Shown: positions 1-9,212, numbered from the stretch's first letter. The stretch is DNA of 64,000 nucleotides from Dehalococcoidia bacterium (GCA_965197585.1 OZ240215.1:352001-416000); one strand, 5' to 3'. Translations and numbers: made by a program. The notes: generated by a model from the letters alone, not told the origin.

Positions 1-494
1 TCCCACGTAACCTCTTCGGCGACATTGCCCACCAGGACCTGTCCCCAGTTGGTGTCGTTGCCCGCGTCGATGAGCCAGCGGCGCGGGTCGCCCGGCAGGG
101 TCTCCGCCATCGCCCGCCTTGCGGCGGCGTTGTCGGCGCAACCGATGATCAGGCTGTCGCCGTAGGCGGGCAGGCCGGGGTAACAGTTTCCGTGGGGGCG
201 TGTGTCACCCTCCCGGAACGGGTACACTGAGTAGCCGACGGGGCGCCGGAAGGCCCTGGCCAGCCGGTCGGCCAGGGCCTGGCTCTTGAATTTCCCGATG
301 TCCTCCGCGTAGAAGTTCTGGCGGAGCAGGTTGTGGGGCTCCACCCGGTCGTGGTCGACCAGGACGATGGTGGCCTCCCGCCCCTGGAAGAGGCGGCAGA
401 GGCCCTCGGCCACGAACCCGCCGGTGCCACCGCAGCCGACCACGGTGACCCACGGGTTGTCGAGCAGGAATGCGTTGTCCAGGTAGTAGGGCAT
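1..494 (-). CDS. ThiF/E1-like activating enzyme (PRTRC-type), 3' part runs off the window
   Basis: Not in the ORF track. Manual translation from ATG 494 (GGAGG SD upstream): MPYYLDNAFLLDNPWVTVVGCGGTGGFVAEGL...IVLVDHDRVEPHNLLRQNF...GKFKSQALA...IIGCADNAAAR...WLIDAGN, with GxGGxG, D-x-D-x-V-x-x-x-N-L-x-RQ and CxDN motifs. Confidence 0.92.
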   Translation of the reverse strand, partial: MPYYLDNAFLLDNPWVTVVGCGGTGGFVAEGLCRLFQGREATIVLVDHDRVEPHNLLRQNFYAEDIGKFKSQALADRLARAFRRPVGYSVYPFREGDTRPHGNCYPGLPAYGDSLIIGCADNAAARRAMAETLPGDPRRWLIDAGNDTNWGQVLVGNVAEEVTW

Positions 495-550
495 TGGCAG
501 TTACCTCCTTATGGTTCAGTAAGTGTTTTGCATCGATTCAGGCTCCTCGA

Positions 551-1150
551 CTATCTGCCGGACACTCCGATCCGGCCGGCTATCACCTGCGACCAGTCCA
601 CCGGGGCGAAGTGGCCGTAGACGCCCAGCCGGAGGCTCAGCTCGGGCCGGGGGGTATTGAGGCGTCCGACGACGCCGTAGATGCGGAAGCCCTGCTCGTC
701 CCGGTCGTCGGTATCAGAGAAGAACGCGCGGGAGGTTCCGTGAGAGTGGAACTCGGCGACCACCCCGGTGGGCGGCCGGTAGGTGAGGGATGTAGCGGTC
801 CCGGCCTGCGGGGGCACCACCAGCCGGTAAACCTGCCCGTCCCAGCGCACTGCGAAGAACCGCTCGGTGTCCGGGGCTATCCGGAACCAGCGTAGACCCA
901 GCTCTAAGACCTCAGCCGGGATCGGGCCGTGACCCAACACCACCTTCTCGGCCACGGGAGCGAGCCCCCGCACCTCGCAGGGGGCGACCAGAACCCGTGC
1001 CGCCAGATGGGGGCTCTCGGACTGGACGTAGACGCCTCCGGCTCCGAGCACGTAGTCATAGCCGATTCCCTGGACGCCGGAGAGTCCGGCGGGGTGGTTG
1101 ACCAGGTAGCCTACCGGCTCCGGTCTTGCCCTAGCGGTAGCGGTAGCCAA
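551..1150 (-). CDS. JAB/JAMM metallopeptidase (Prok-JAB, PRTRC protein A-like)
   Basis: Upstream E (DTERFFAV) plus EFHSHGTSRAFFSDTDDRDE (HxH...S..D) and RIYGVVGRL. Likely TTG start at 1150 after GAGGGGAG; the track start at 1231 overlaps the E2 gene. Confidence 0.9.
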   Translation of the reverse strand: MATATARARPEPVGYLVNHPAGLSGVQGIGYDYVLGAGGVYVQSESPHLAARVLVAPCEVRGLAPVAEKVVLGHGPIPAEVLELGLRWFRIAPDTERFFAVRWDGQVYRLVVPPQAGTATSLTYRPPTGVVAEFHSHGTSRAFFSDTDDRDEQGFRIYGVVGRLNTPRPELSLRLGVYGHFAPVDWSQVIAGRIGVSGR

Positions 1151-1841
1151 GTCTCCCCTCGGAGACTGCCATGGCGTGGGACACGGTACACTGGGGAACA
1201 AGGTCCTCGGTTGGGTACTCAGTCTTTCCATCGATTTCCTCCCATAGCGATAGCAGGTTAGCGGGGTGCTTCTTCGAGCGGTCCCGGGAGTCCCCGGTGA
1301 GCGAGAAGTAGGACTGGAAGAAGGACTCCGGTATCAGCCCCACCTCCTCGGGGAACCGGTGGCTTCCGGGGCAGACCCTCCCGTCCCCGAAGACGTTGAA
1401 GGCCGGGGCCCGGAAGAGCTGCTGCTCGGCGTCGCTGGGCCGGTCCTTTGCGGCGTAGACCAAGGGCGCCCGGCCCGGCGAGCAGATGAAGACCAGGCCG
1501 GGCATGGGGAGCCTGAGCCTTGCGGGAGGCTTGAACGCCTCCCGCTGCAGGGCCACCGGCCGCACCTGCGGCGGCCGCCAGAGGGCCACCACCTGCCCGG
1601 TCTCGCCCTGGTTCCACCAGAGGGTTGCCTCCGGCAGCAGCCCCGAGGAGAACCCCAGGTGCCGGGTGAACACGTTAGCGATCTCGTCCGCCGAGACGGT
1701 CCTGACCCAGGCGGAGTCGCCGTCGAAGCCCCTCAGCAGGATGGTCTCGCCGTACACCTCCAGCTGCAATTTGAGGTTGTCTTTAGGGGCGTCCGTGACG
1801 CCCGGCAGGGACCACCGGGTCGTGTCGGGTTCATTAGTCAT
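1131..1841 (-). CDS. Prokaryotic E2-like protein (Prok-E2_D / PRTRC protein B-like)
   Basis: LPMPGLVF...LFRAPAFNVFGDGRVCPG...FFQSYFS; N and C sit where the E2 active-site motif is expected. ATG at 1841 with GGGAGG SD. Confidence 0.85.
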   Translation of the reverse strand: MTNEPDTTRWSLPGVTDAPKDNLKLQLEVYGETILLRGFDGDSAWVRTVSADEIANVFTRHLGFSSGLLPEATLWWNQGETGQVVALWRPPQVRPVALQREAFKPPARLRLPMPGLVFICSPGRAPLVYAAKDRPSDAEQQLFRAPAFNVFGDGRVCPGSHRFPEEVGLIPESFFQSYFSLTGDSRDRSKKHPANLLSLWEEIDGKTEYPTEDLVPQCTVSHAMAVSEGRLGYRYR

Positions 1842-2676
1842 GGTCGTTGTCCTCCCTGTCTTGTTGTTGTTCGGATAGCCGCGCCAGAAGGAAGTCCAGC
1901 ATCTCGGCGAAGCGGCCGGGCAGGTCATCCTCCAGCCAGTCGGTCAACCGGCTCACCGCCTCCATGAGGGCCGTGGCCTTGCGCCACTCCTCCGTGCCCT
2001 CGGCGATGATGTCGTCGTCCCAGGGGTCGGCGAACCCGTCGTACATGCCATCGTCGTAAGAGTGGTCTAGGAAGAAGTTGCCGGTCTCGGCCCAGACCCA
2101 GGAGGCGGCCTTGGCCGCTCCCTCGAACTTTGTTTCCTTGAGCGTCTCGGTGAGGGTTTCGAGAGGTATGCCGTCCTGGGGAATCCTCTCCAGGGTCTCC
2201 TGCGGTATGCGCTCGGCGGCCGACTCAAGCCAGGCCACCCGCAGCCCGTCGGGTTCCTCGTAGTAGACGTCCGGGGGCTTGACCAGGAGGGCCATGGCCG
2301 AGAGCCCGTCCCGGTAGCCGTCCCACATCTCGTGGAGGCCGTCGTAGCCGAAGCCCATAAGCTCGAAGGGGATGCCCCTTCTCAGCCAGGACCAGGGAGG
2401 TTCGTCCCCTTCTTCCATGTACCAGTCGAAGAACGGGGCGTAGAGGGGGAAGTGGCGCTCCCCGAAGAGCTGACCGAAGCGCTCCACCCTTTTGGCTGCG
2501 TCGGGGCCGGCCAGCACCGACTCCGCGTCCCGGGGAAAGAGGCGGCGCACCAGCCCCGCGAACCAGGCGTAGTCGCCTGAGTATCCGACCAGCGTCACCA
2601 GCTCCCGCAGCGACGGCGGACGCCGCAGGAGCAGTTTTGCCAGGCCGTTCAGTAGCGGCGGGGCCGGAGCATGCAT
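1834..2676 (-). CDS. Hypothetical acidic helical protein (in the position of PRTRC protein F)
   Basis: 280-aa ORF with GC-rich codon usage, overlapping both neighbours in the Ub operon. Confidence 0.7.
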   Translation of the reverse strand: MHAPAPPLLNGLAKLLLRRPPSLRELVTLVGYSGDYAWFAGLVRRLFPRDAESVLAGPDAAKRVERFGQLFGERHFPLYAPFFDWYMEEGDEPPWSWLRRGIPFELMGFGYDGLHEMWDGYRDGLSAMALLVKPPDVYYEEPDGLRVAWLESAAERIPQETLERIPQDGIPLETLTETLKETKFEGAAKAASWVWAETGNFFLDHSYDDGMYDGFADPWDDDIIAEGTEEWRKATALMEAVSRLTDWLEDDLPGRFAEMLDFLLARLSEQQQDREDNDHD

Positions 2677-2879
2677 CTCAGGGCCTCCGCCATGCGGCCC
2701 GTGGCCGCGGCGTAGTCCTGCGCCTGGGCGCAGGCCATCTCCACGTCTGCCTGCCGTGCGGCCGCGGCGTCCAGGTCGAGGGAGCCGTCGGGCCGTGTGA
2801 GCTCCGCCGTGAGCTCAAGGATGCTGAGGTCTGCAGGTGGCGTTGCCGCCAGCAGGCCCGTAAGGGTGCGGGTGTCCAT
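2649..2879 (-). CDS. Small hypothetical protein in the Ub operon
   Basis: 76 aa, GAGGAGG SD, coupled to the downstream ORF. Confidence 0.65.
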   Translation of the reverse strand: MDTRTLTGLLAATPPADLSILELTAELTRPDGSLDLDAAAARQADVEMACAQAQDYAAATGRMAEALRCMLRPRRY

Positions 2880-2892
2880 CGGAGTCCCTCCT

Positions 2893-3099
2893 CTAGCTCT
2901 GGGCGTGGGTGAAGGCGCCCTTGGTGCCCACCCGCCGCTGGAACTCGTAGATGGTGTCTTCTCCCCTCTTGGTCTCCTTCACCGAGGCGTTGGCTATCTC
3001 CCCGTAGAAGTCGCTCAGGGTTGCCTTCACCTGGTCGACGCTCATCTGGGGGTCTGGGTCCGGGAACTCTCTGTCGGCGTATACGAAGATTCTTGCCAT
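2893..3099 (-). CDS. Prokaryotic ubiquitin-like protein (Prok_Ub / PRTRC protein C-like)
   Basis: RIFVY...FPDPDPQMSVDQVK...YGEIANA...YEFQRRVGTKG followed by a 7-aa extension; AAGGAG SD. Confidence 0.9.
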   Translation of the reverse strand: MARIFVYADREFPDPDPQMSVDQVKATLSDFYGEIANASVKETKRGEDTIYEFQRRVGTKGAFTHAQS

Positions 3100-3196
3100 C
3101 GTATTTCTCCTTTCGACTCGTTGCTGTCTCTCTGCGTTTCCATGTGCGGAGAGGCCGTTGCCTCATTGGCAACGGCCTCTGCCGTGCCTCTGCGGT

Positions 3197-5563
3197 CTAG
3201 CGTCCGGCGCCGACCGGCTCTTTCTCGCGCTGCTGTTCCTGCGTCATTGCCCACTCGAACATCGATAGGGTCTCGGACTGGGGTTTGCTCTTGCGGCCCC
3301 TGGACCCGACAGGTTCCTCGACCAGGAACTCCGCCCAGGAGAACAGCGATCCGCCACTGGCGGACGGCTCCGATGCCTTGTTGTCCTGATGGCCGTTGCC
3401 GTTGGCGCCATTTCCGTTTGCGGGTGCGTGCCGGTTGGCCGGGAACAAATCCACCGTCGGCCCGATGCCGATGGCGTCGTGGCGGCCGTTCCCGTTGACC
3501 AAGACCGTCTCCGGCTCGGCTTTGACGGCCTTCCACCCGTCGTCTACCAGGTACTCCTCCGAGTTGGTCTCGGCGTCCCTGGCTTTGGCAAAGACCTCCT
3601 CCACCGGCTCGGCCTCGTCCTCCCCGTCTCCGCTGACGATCCTGCGGGCCAGGGCCATCATCAGGTCGTCCCCGTCGTCGCCGTATGCGGCCAGGCCGTC
3701 CTCCGGCAGCTCGCCCTCCACCGCAAGCGATGATTGAAGCTTCTTGGCCACCAGCTTCAGGGCGTCGGCCTGCAGCGTGTTCCGGTAGGACATGAACACG
3801 ACTTTCACCGGGCGGGTCTGCCCGATGCGCCACGAACGGCGGGAAGCCTGCCGCATGACGTAGACGCTGTAATCCGTCTCGTACCAGCAGATGGTGGGGA
3901 AGTCGATGAGGTCGAGGCCGGTCTGCACCAGCCTGGGGTGGCAGATGAGGACGTCGATGCCCTGCTTCACCTTCTCCGCCACCCACGCTTCCCTGCGGTC
4001 CGGGGCCACGGCGTCTGCCTTCATCACCGCAACCCGGAACCCGTGCCGGGTGAGGATGGCGTCCATCCGCCCGGTGATGTCCCTGGTCCCCGTGTGGGTG
4101 GCGTAGACCAGCACCCTGCGGCCCTCCAGCCGTTCGGCGGCAACCAGGTCGACCAGCGCCTTCTCCTTCGGGTAGAGCCTCTCCTCGGACAGTGGCGGCA
4201 CCTGGACCAGGGGGTTGCCGGTCTGTGGGTCGAATACGGTCTCCCCCCTGGTGCAGCCGTCGGGGTAGGCCAGCAGGGTCTGCAGGTATGTGGACAGCAG
4301 CTTCTTGGAGCCCTTCTTGAGCGCATCGGCCAGGGCCTTGCGGAGCTTCTCGAACACCGCGACGTAGGCGCTGCGCTGGGAGTAGCCCGTGGAGTCCTCC
4401 TCGGAGTCCATGGAGGAGAGGAGGATCTGCTCGTCGTAGCCGGGCAGCCCCGATGCCACGTCGGAGAGACGGAGGAAAACCGAGTTGCCGATAAGGTGGA
4501 AGAGGGCGGCAGGGGCGAGGCCCGGCCTCTCCCTGGTCACCTTGCGGTAAGCCTTTCTCCTGCTGAACCTGCCGTCCTCCGTGGAGTCGTCGTCGGGCTT
4601 CCCCATGGAGTGTTCGAGGAACCCGTACCGCTGTATCCACCTTCCCTCCTCGGAGCGCCCGAACTCCGTCCTGATCTCCGGGCTGAACCGGTAGAGAAGG
4701 TGGAAGATGGTAGAGGAGTAGCCGCCGAGCAGCGTGCCCGTCAGGCTGAGGGACTTACCGCAGGCGTCGGCCAGGACCCCGGCGGCGATGCCCTGGGCCG
4801 AGCCCCGCCCCTTGTACTCGTGAATCTCGTCGCCGATGAGCAGGTCGAAGAAGCCCCTCATCCGGTGCTTCACGTAGTCGCTGAGGGGGTATCTCCTGGG
4901 CCCCGAGTTATCGGCCTGCCAGAGGGGAGAGCCGCAGCTCTCGCAGGTGAGCTTCCTGCGGCTCAGCCCTGCGTCGGTGAGGGGAACGCCGTCCTTGTCG
5001 ACGATCTGCGCCGTGCAGTCGGGGCAGCAGGGGACCCGGAAGGGCTCCCCCGTCTCCTCGTCCCGCACCAGCCTTCCCGCCGCCGAGGCCCACCTCTCTA
5101 CGACGGCGGCCTTCCACCGGTAGGAGAGCTTGGCCCGCTCCCTGGACATGATGGCGAAGAGGGGCCCGATGCCGGTTGAGAGGCGGAGCCGCCCCATGTC
5201 GGTGATGGAGGACACTATCGCCGCCCTTGCGAAGGGCACCGTCTCCTCCACCTCCCGCTTCCACTTCCGGGTCAGGTGGGGAGGGCAGAGGACCAGCACT
5301 CGCCTGAACCCCGCCATGTGGGCGGCCGCGGCCCCGATGAACGTCTTGCCGGTGCCCATCTCGCCGACCACGGTGGTGCCGCGGTGGGTCCTGAGGGAGA
5401 GGGCCGCGCCCCTGATGGCGTCCTCCTGGGCACCCAGGGGCGTGCGGAGCAACTGGGGAAGCCGTTGTCCGTTCTCCGAGGGCCTGTAGAGGGGAGGGTA
5501 TGACTCCACCACCCTTTGGGCGATGGCCTCCCTGTAGCTGTCGATGAACTCTCCTAGGTTCAT
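3197..5563 (-). CDS. SF2 (SNF2-like) helicase with inserted Zn ribbon
   Basis: Walker A GEMGTGKT, DEIH, LTGT, TGLDL, QASRRSWRIGQ; CPDC...CESC insertion. ATG 5563 with GAAGGAG SD. Confidence 0.9.
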   Translation of the reverse strand: MNLGEFIDSYREAIAQRVVESYPPLYRPSENGQRLPQLLRTPLGAQEDAIRGAALSLRTHRGTTVVGEMGTGKTFIGAAAAHMAGFRRVLVLCPPHLTRKWKREVEETVPFARAAIVSSITDMGRLRLSTGIGPLFAIMSRERAKLSYRWKAAVVERWASAAGRLVRDEETGEPFRVPCCPDCTAQIVDKDGVPLTDAGLSRRKLTCESCGSPLWQADNSGPRRYPLSDYVKHRMRGFFDLLIGDEIHEYKGRGSAQGIAAGVLADACGKSLSLTGTLLGGYSSTIFHLLYRFSPEIRTEFGRSEEGRWIQRYGFLEHSMGKPDDDSTEDGRFSRRKAYRKVTRERPGLAPAALFHLIGNSVFLRLSDVASGLPGYDEQILLSSMDSEEDSTGYSQRSAYVAVFEKLRKALADALKKGSKKLLSTYLQTLLAYPDGCTRGETVFDPQTGNPLVQVPPLSEERLYPKEKALVDLVAAERLEGRRVLVYATHTGTRDITGRMDAILTRHGFRVAVMKADAVAPDRREAWVAEKVKQGIDVLICHPRLVQTGLDLIDFPTICWYETDYSVYVMRQASRRSWRIGQTRPVKVVFMSYRNTLQADALKLVAKKLQSSLAVEGELPEDGLAAYGDDGDDLMMALARRIVSGDGEDEAEPVEEVFAKARDAETNSEEYLVDDGWKAVKAEPETVLVNGNGRHDAIGIGPTVDLFPANRHAPANGNGANGNGHQDNKASEPSASGGSLFSWAEFLVEEPVGSRGRKSKPQSETLSMFEWAMTQEQQREKEPVGAGR

Positions 5564-5835
5564 TCTGGCGTCTCCTTCCCTTTGATTGGCGGGGACGCCG
5601 GGACCCGGAACGCACCACGCCCCCCGGTGGGGACGTTTCCGAGCTTCGGGTTCCTGGAAGCGTCCCCAGGCGATTGCTTGAATGTGCGAGAACCGCGCGG
5701 TTGACGGGCCTCGTGAGTGTGGCTCGGTGCGAGCCGTCCATGCGGCCTGGCGGTCCGGTTCCGCGCCGTCCCTACGGGACAGGCGGGGCCGAGTACCGTT
5801 TTTGATGACCGGGCAGGGTCCCGTCTCGGTATTGG

Positions 5836-6081
5836 TCATGCCCCTTCCGCAGGGTAGAACTCCACCATGACGGGGTGGTTCAGGCAGTACCGGGTAACGC
5901 AGGCGCTGTGCGATCTCCCTTTGTATGCGTTGAGGTCGCAGTTCCCGGAGGACAGATCGACGTCGCAGAGTATCACTTCGCCGCCGTCCGTCTTGAACTC
6001 CGCTCTCCGAGCGAACGGGAGATACCCGAGGATCTCTCCCTTATGGATGCGTTCACCGTAGATTCTTCGTTGCGTAGTCAT
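5836..6081 (-). CDS. Small hypothetical protein
   Basis: MTTQRRIYG..., 81 aa, GAGGAG SD. Confidence 0.5.
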   Translation of the reverse strand: MTTQRRIYGERIHKGEILGYLPFARRAEFKTDGGEVILCDVDLSSGNCDLNAYKGRSHSACVTRYCLNHPVMVEFYPAEGA

Positions 6082-6187
6082 TGACTCTTCTCCTCTCGCT
6101 TGACATTGCCCTCCAAACCGGGAGGTGAGACAGGCAAGACGACTTGCCGGCAAGCCCTGCAGGGGTCGCGGCGTTTGGTCGCGGCGT

Positions 6188-6406
6188 CTAAGCGGCTTTC
6201 AGGGAGGCCCTGAGAGCGTCGATCTCGGCGCGGGACCGCGCCCTGGCGTCTTCGTAGCAGCGCCCCGTCAGGTGGTATGCGTTCACCGGGGAGGAGACCG
6301 CCCTGCCGCCCACGATGTCCACCGAGGCTGTCTGCATGGCCGGTTCGCCGGGGAGTAAGTGTTGCCCGCACCGGCAGCAGGGTTCGAGGGTCATGGTCGT
6401 CTGCAT
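6188..6406 (-). CDS. Small hypothetical protein, possible Zn-binding (CCxC...HxxxxC)
   Basis: 72 aa, GAGG SD. Confidence 0.55.
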   Translation of the reverse strand: MQTTMTLEPCCRCGQHLLPGEPAMQTASVDIVGGRAVSSPVNAYHLTGRCYEDARARSRAEIDALRASLKAA

Positions 6407-6551
6407 CTTCTTACCTCTCTTTCTTTATTGGACTGTTGCGTTGCGTCCGAAACAAAGCGAGGCCCCGCCGGTTCCCTGTAGAGGGACGACGGGGCTTCGT
6501 GGTTCTGCCTGTGCGTTGCACGCAGACTGGTGCGGCCCAGGGTGAGCCGGT

Positions 6552-7598
6552 CTAAGCTGCGATGTCGGCTATTTCGCCGTCATCCAGGTCGAGGGCCGTA
6601 ACGGTGGTGTTCAGCCGCTCGCGGTGGACTTCCTTTTGAGGCGTGTCCTCCACCAGGACCATCTCCTTGGAGGTGCGTCCCTTGACCAGGATGCGCCTGC
6701 CTTGGGCTTCAAGTACGAGGTTGTCCAGGAACCCCGCCGCCACCAGCATTGCCATGTGCCCCCTGCGGAGGGGCATGAGGGGCCGGGTGCGGTTATCCTT
6801 AGCAGGCCAGAGAGAGTCGGTGATTGCCTTGCTGACCCACAGCCCCGACGCCCGGGCCTCCCTGGCGGCCGCCACGGGATCCACAAGGCGTGTGGCGAAG
6901 AGAATGTCGCCCGCTGCTGTTATGGAGGGTGAGTAGACCGGGTAGTCATCGGCGTACAGCTCCTCGGGCTCACCCTGGGCCCACTCCCTGACCCTGGACT
7001 CGGCGTAGGTGTTGGGGGATGGGTCCGCCTTCCGGTACGCCATCAACACGACCTGGTCGAAGACCTCCCTCTCGGGACTGGGGAAGGCCCAGCAGCGGAG
7101 ATTGCCGTAGTGGGTGGCCAGGTAGCGGGCCGATACAGCCAGCCGCGACCTGGGCACTATGAAGACCAGGAGGCCGTCCTCGGCCAGGTAGCGGGTGCAG
7201 TGGGTGAGGAAGCGGTGCTCCACCCTCCTCTCGTCGCCGGAGTCCCAGTCGTAAGGAGGATTGAGGTAGAGGAGGCCGAAGGCCCCGTTGGCCATGGAGG
7301 TGTTGAAGAGGTCGCAGGCGAGGGCGTGGTCCAGGCGGGCCCCGGCTTCCTCGGCCCGGTCCTTGTGCAGTTCTACTCCGAAGGTCTCGATGGGCACGGG
7401 GACGGATGAGTTGCCCGCCATGGCCTCGGCCAGCCGGGACACGGCCTCCCCGGCTCCGCAGCAGGGGTCGAGGATGCGCAGGGCCTTCCCCCTGCTGTAG
7501 TAGGAAAGCCTAGGCGTCTCCACCAGGGTGGCCAGCATGTCCACCACCCGGTCGGGGGTGGGATAGAAGCCCCCCTTGGCCTGTGCTGCCAGTCTCAT
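6552..7598 (-). CDS. SAM-dependent DNA amino-methyltransferase (m6A/m4C; DUF6094-like)
   Basis: GFYPTP, ILDPCCGAG (motif I), GVEL, LNPPY (motif IV). ATG 7598 with AAGGAG SD. Confidence 0.88.
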   Translation of the reverse strand: MRLAAQAKGGFYPTPDRVVDMLATLVETPRLSYYSRGKALRILDPCCGAGEAVSRLAEAMAGNSSVPVPIETFGVELHKDRAEEAGARLDHALACDLFNTSMANGAFGLLYLNPPYDWDSGDERRVEHRFLTHCTRYLAEDGLLVFIVPRSRLAVSARYLATHYGNLRCWAFPSPEREVFDQVVLMAYRKADPSPNTYAESRVREWAQGEPEELYADDYPVYSPSITAAGDILFATRLVDPVAAAREARASGLWVSKAITDSLWPAKDNRTRPLMPLRRGHMAMLVAAGFLDNLVLEAQGRRILVKGRTSKEMVLVEDTPQKEVHRERLNTTVTALDLDDGEIADIAA

Positions 7599-7984
7599 GT
7601 CGTATCTCCTTTCTCTTTCGTGTCGATGCCCCGCACCTCGCCCGTGGCAAGGGTGGCGTGGAAACAGAGTTCCTCGTCTATCCTCTTGCCTTCGGCGCAG
7701 TAGGTGCAGAGGGCCGTTGAGATCGCGGTTTCCGGTGCGGCGACGACCCGCCGGACCAACGTGAAGCCGCCCCGGGGGAGGTCGCACCTGTAGAGTGGAA
7801 CCGTCCGGTCCCTGACGTCCCCTTCCGTCGCTTTCTCGTAGAAATGGGGTTGGCCGAACTCGCAGGTGTGACTGTAGGGGCCGTGAAGGCAGAGGAGGCA
7901 GACCTCGCCGTCCAGGCAGTAACGCCGCCAGGCCCTGTTCTCCTCCTCGCTCCACTGCTCGGCGGTTTTGAGGGAGCTATCCAT
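7595..7984 (-). CDS. Cys-rich hypothetical protein
   Basis: 129 aa with CLLC and CTYC; overlaps both neighbours. Confidence 0.6.
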   Translation of the reverse strand: MDSSLKTAEQWSEEENRAWRRYCLDGEVCLLCLHGPYSHTCEFGQPHFYEKATEGDVRDRTVPLYRCDLPRGGFTLVRRVVAAPETAISTALCTYCAEGKRIDEELCFHATLATGEVRGIDTKEKGDTT

Positions 7985-8615
7985 CGTAGGGTTCCTCCTT
8001 TAGGGCGAGAGTTCCCATGGCCACGGCGTCCGACAGGTCGTACCGGAGCTTCTCCGAGTTGGGGCAGCAGACCCAGGCCGATATCCCGGAGGACTGGAGG
8101 GGTGCGATCTCGCCGTTGCGCAGCCCCCGGCGCCAGAGCCAGGGGGCCCAGGAGCGGTGCAGGGGCAGGGGGCTGCGCCGGTCCAGGAACCGGTGGTGCA
8201 GGGCTGGGGCATCCTCCGTGGAGCGGGCCAGCAGGAGAAAGTCGTCCCGCTCGAAGGAGTACTCCGCCAGTCTCGTGTAGACCATCGCGTGCCAACCGCC
8301 CGTGGTGGGAAGACGGGATATCTTGGTGGTCCAGGTGCCGATGGTCTGGTTGGGTATGGAGCAGCGGAGGTAGTCCCCGGTGAGCTCCCCTCCGTCCACA
8401 CCCCGAATGACGTGGGCCGCCTCGGGGGGCTGCTTGAGCAGGGAGGCCCAGATGGCCTTCAGGGCGGTCTGGGGACCGACCATGGAGAGGAACCAGAGCT
8501 CGCGGCTGTCGGGGTTGCGGGCGAAGGCGTCGGCGGTGGCGGAGAACCCGGCGGCGGATACGGTGTACAGCTCACCGGGGTTCACGGGCTCGGTCACGGT
8601 TTGTGTTGTGGCCAT
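7977..8615 (-). CDS. Hypothetical protein in the methylase operon
   Basis: 212 aa, AAGGAGG SD, coding-like codon usage. Confidence 0.75.
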   Translation of the reverse strand: MATTQTVTEPVNPGELYTVSAAGFSATADAFARNPDSRELWFLSMVGPQTALKAIWASLLKQPPEAAHVIRGVDGGELTGDYLRCSIPNQTIGTWTTKISRLPTTGGWHAMVYTRLAEYSFERDDFLLLARSTEDAPALHHRFLDRRSPLPLHRSWAPWLWRRGLRNGEIAPLQSSGISAWVCCPNSEKLRYDLSDAVAMGTLALKEEPYDG

Positions 8616-8657
8616 GTCGGCCTCCTTTCTTATTCTCAGTGGGCGATATGGAAGCCA

Positions 8658-9167
8658 TTACACGGGAAAGCAGCCCAGCTCCTTGAGGCTTACGGCCTTG
8701 TCGTGTCCGATGACCACGTGGTCCAGCAGGTCGATGTCCAGCATCTTCGCCGCCCGGTAGAGGTCGCCGGTGAGGGCCCTGTCCTGGGAGCTGGGGGTGG
8801 GATCGCCGCTGGGGTGGTTATGGACCAGGATGAAGTGGGGCGCGGACTCGGCCACGGCGGGGCGCAGCACCTCGGCGGGCCTTACCACTACCGAATTAAC
8901 GTTGCCCTGGTAGACCACCCGCTGGCCCATGACCCGGTTCTTCACGTCCAACAGCAGCACCCTGAGTTGCTCCTGGGCCAGGGGCGTCATCTCGGGGCCC
9001 AGGAGGCGGTACACGTCCTCGGGACAAGTGATGGTCGGGGCGTCATCGTTGTGCTGGGGCCGGGTGTCGACCTGGTAGCGTACGGCCAGCTCGGACAGCA
9101 GGCCCAGGTTGCTCCTCAGGGCCTCCAGCAGGGAGGCGTTGTTTGCGATGTTCTTCTTGTCGGCCAT
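8658..9167 (-). CDS. radC: RadC-family JAB-domain protein
   Basis: QEQLRVLLLD...HNHPSGDPTPSSQD...LLDHVVIG. Confidence 0.93.
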   Translation of the reverse strand: MADKKNIANNASLLEALRSNLGLLSELAVRYQVDTRPQHNDDAPTITCPEDVYRLLGPEMTPLAQEQLRVLLLDVKNRVMGQRVVYQGNVNSVVVRPAEVLRPAVAESAPHFILVHNHPSGDPTPSSQDRALTGDLYRAAKMLDIDLLDHVVIGHDKAVSLKELGCFPV

Positions 9168-9212
9168 GTTGTTTCTCCTGTATGGGTCTGAATAGGCAGG
9201 GAAAGAAAACGA

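Noticed and set aside
3042-5179. Long alternative ORFs (532 aa minus, 481 aa plus)
   Set aside because: Shadow frames of the GC-rich helicase gene, with low-complexity translations and no motifs
5564-5839. 92-aa N-terminal extension of the helicase
   Set aside because: A good SD precedes ATG 5563, and the extension spans hairpin-rich sequence that looks intergenic
8658-9167. RadC as a second protease of the Ub system
   Set aside because: RadC is common on mobile elements independently of Ub modules and lies more than 5 kb away; no direct evidence of linkage
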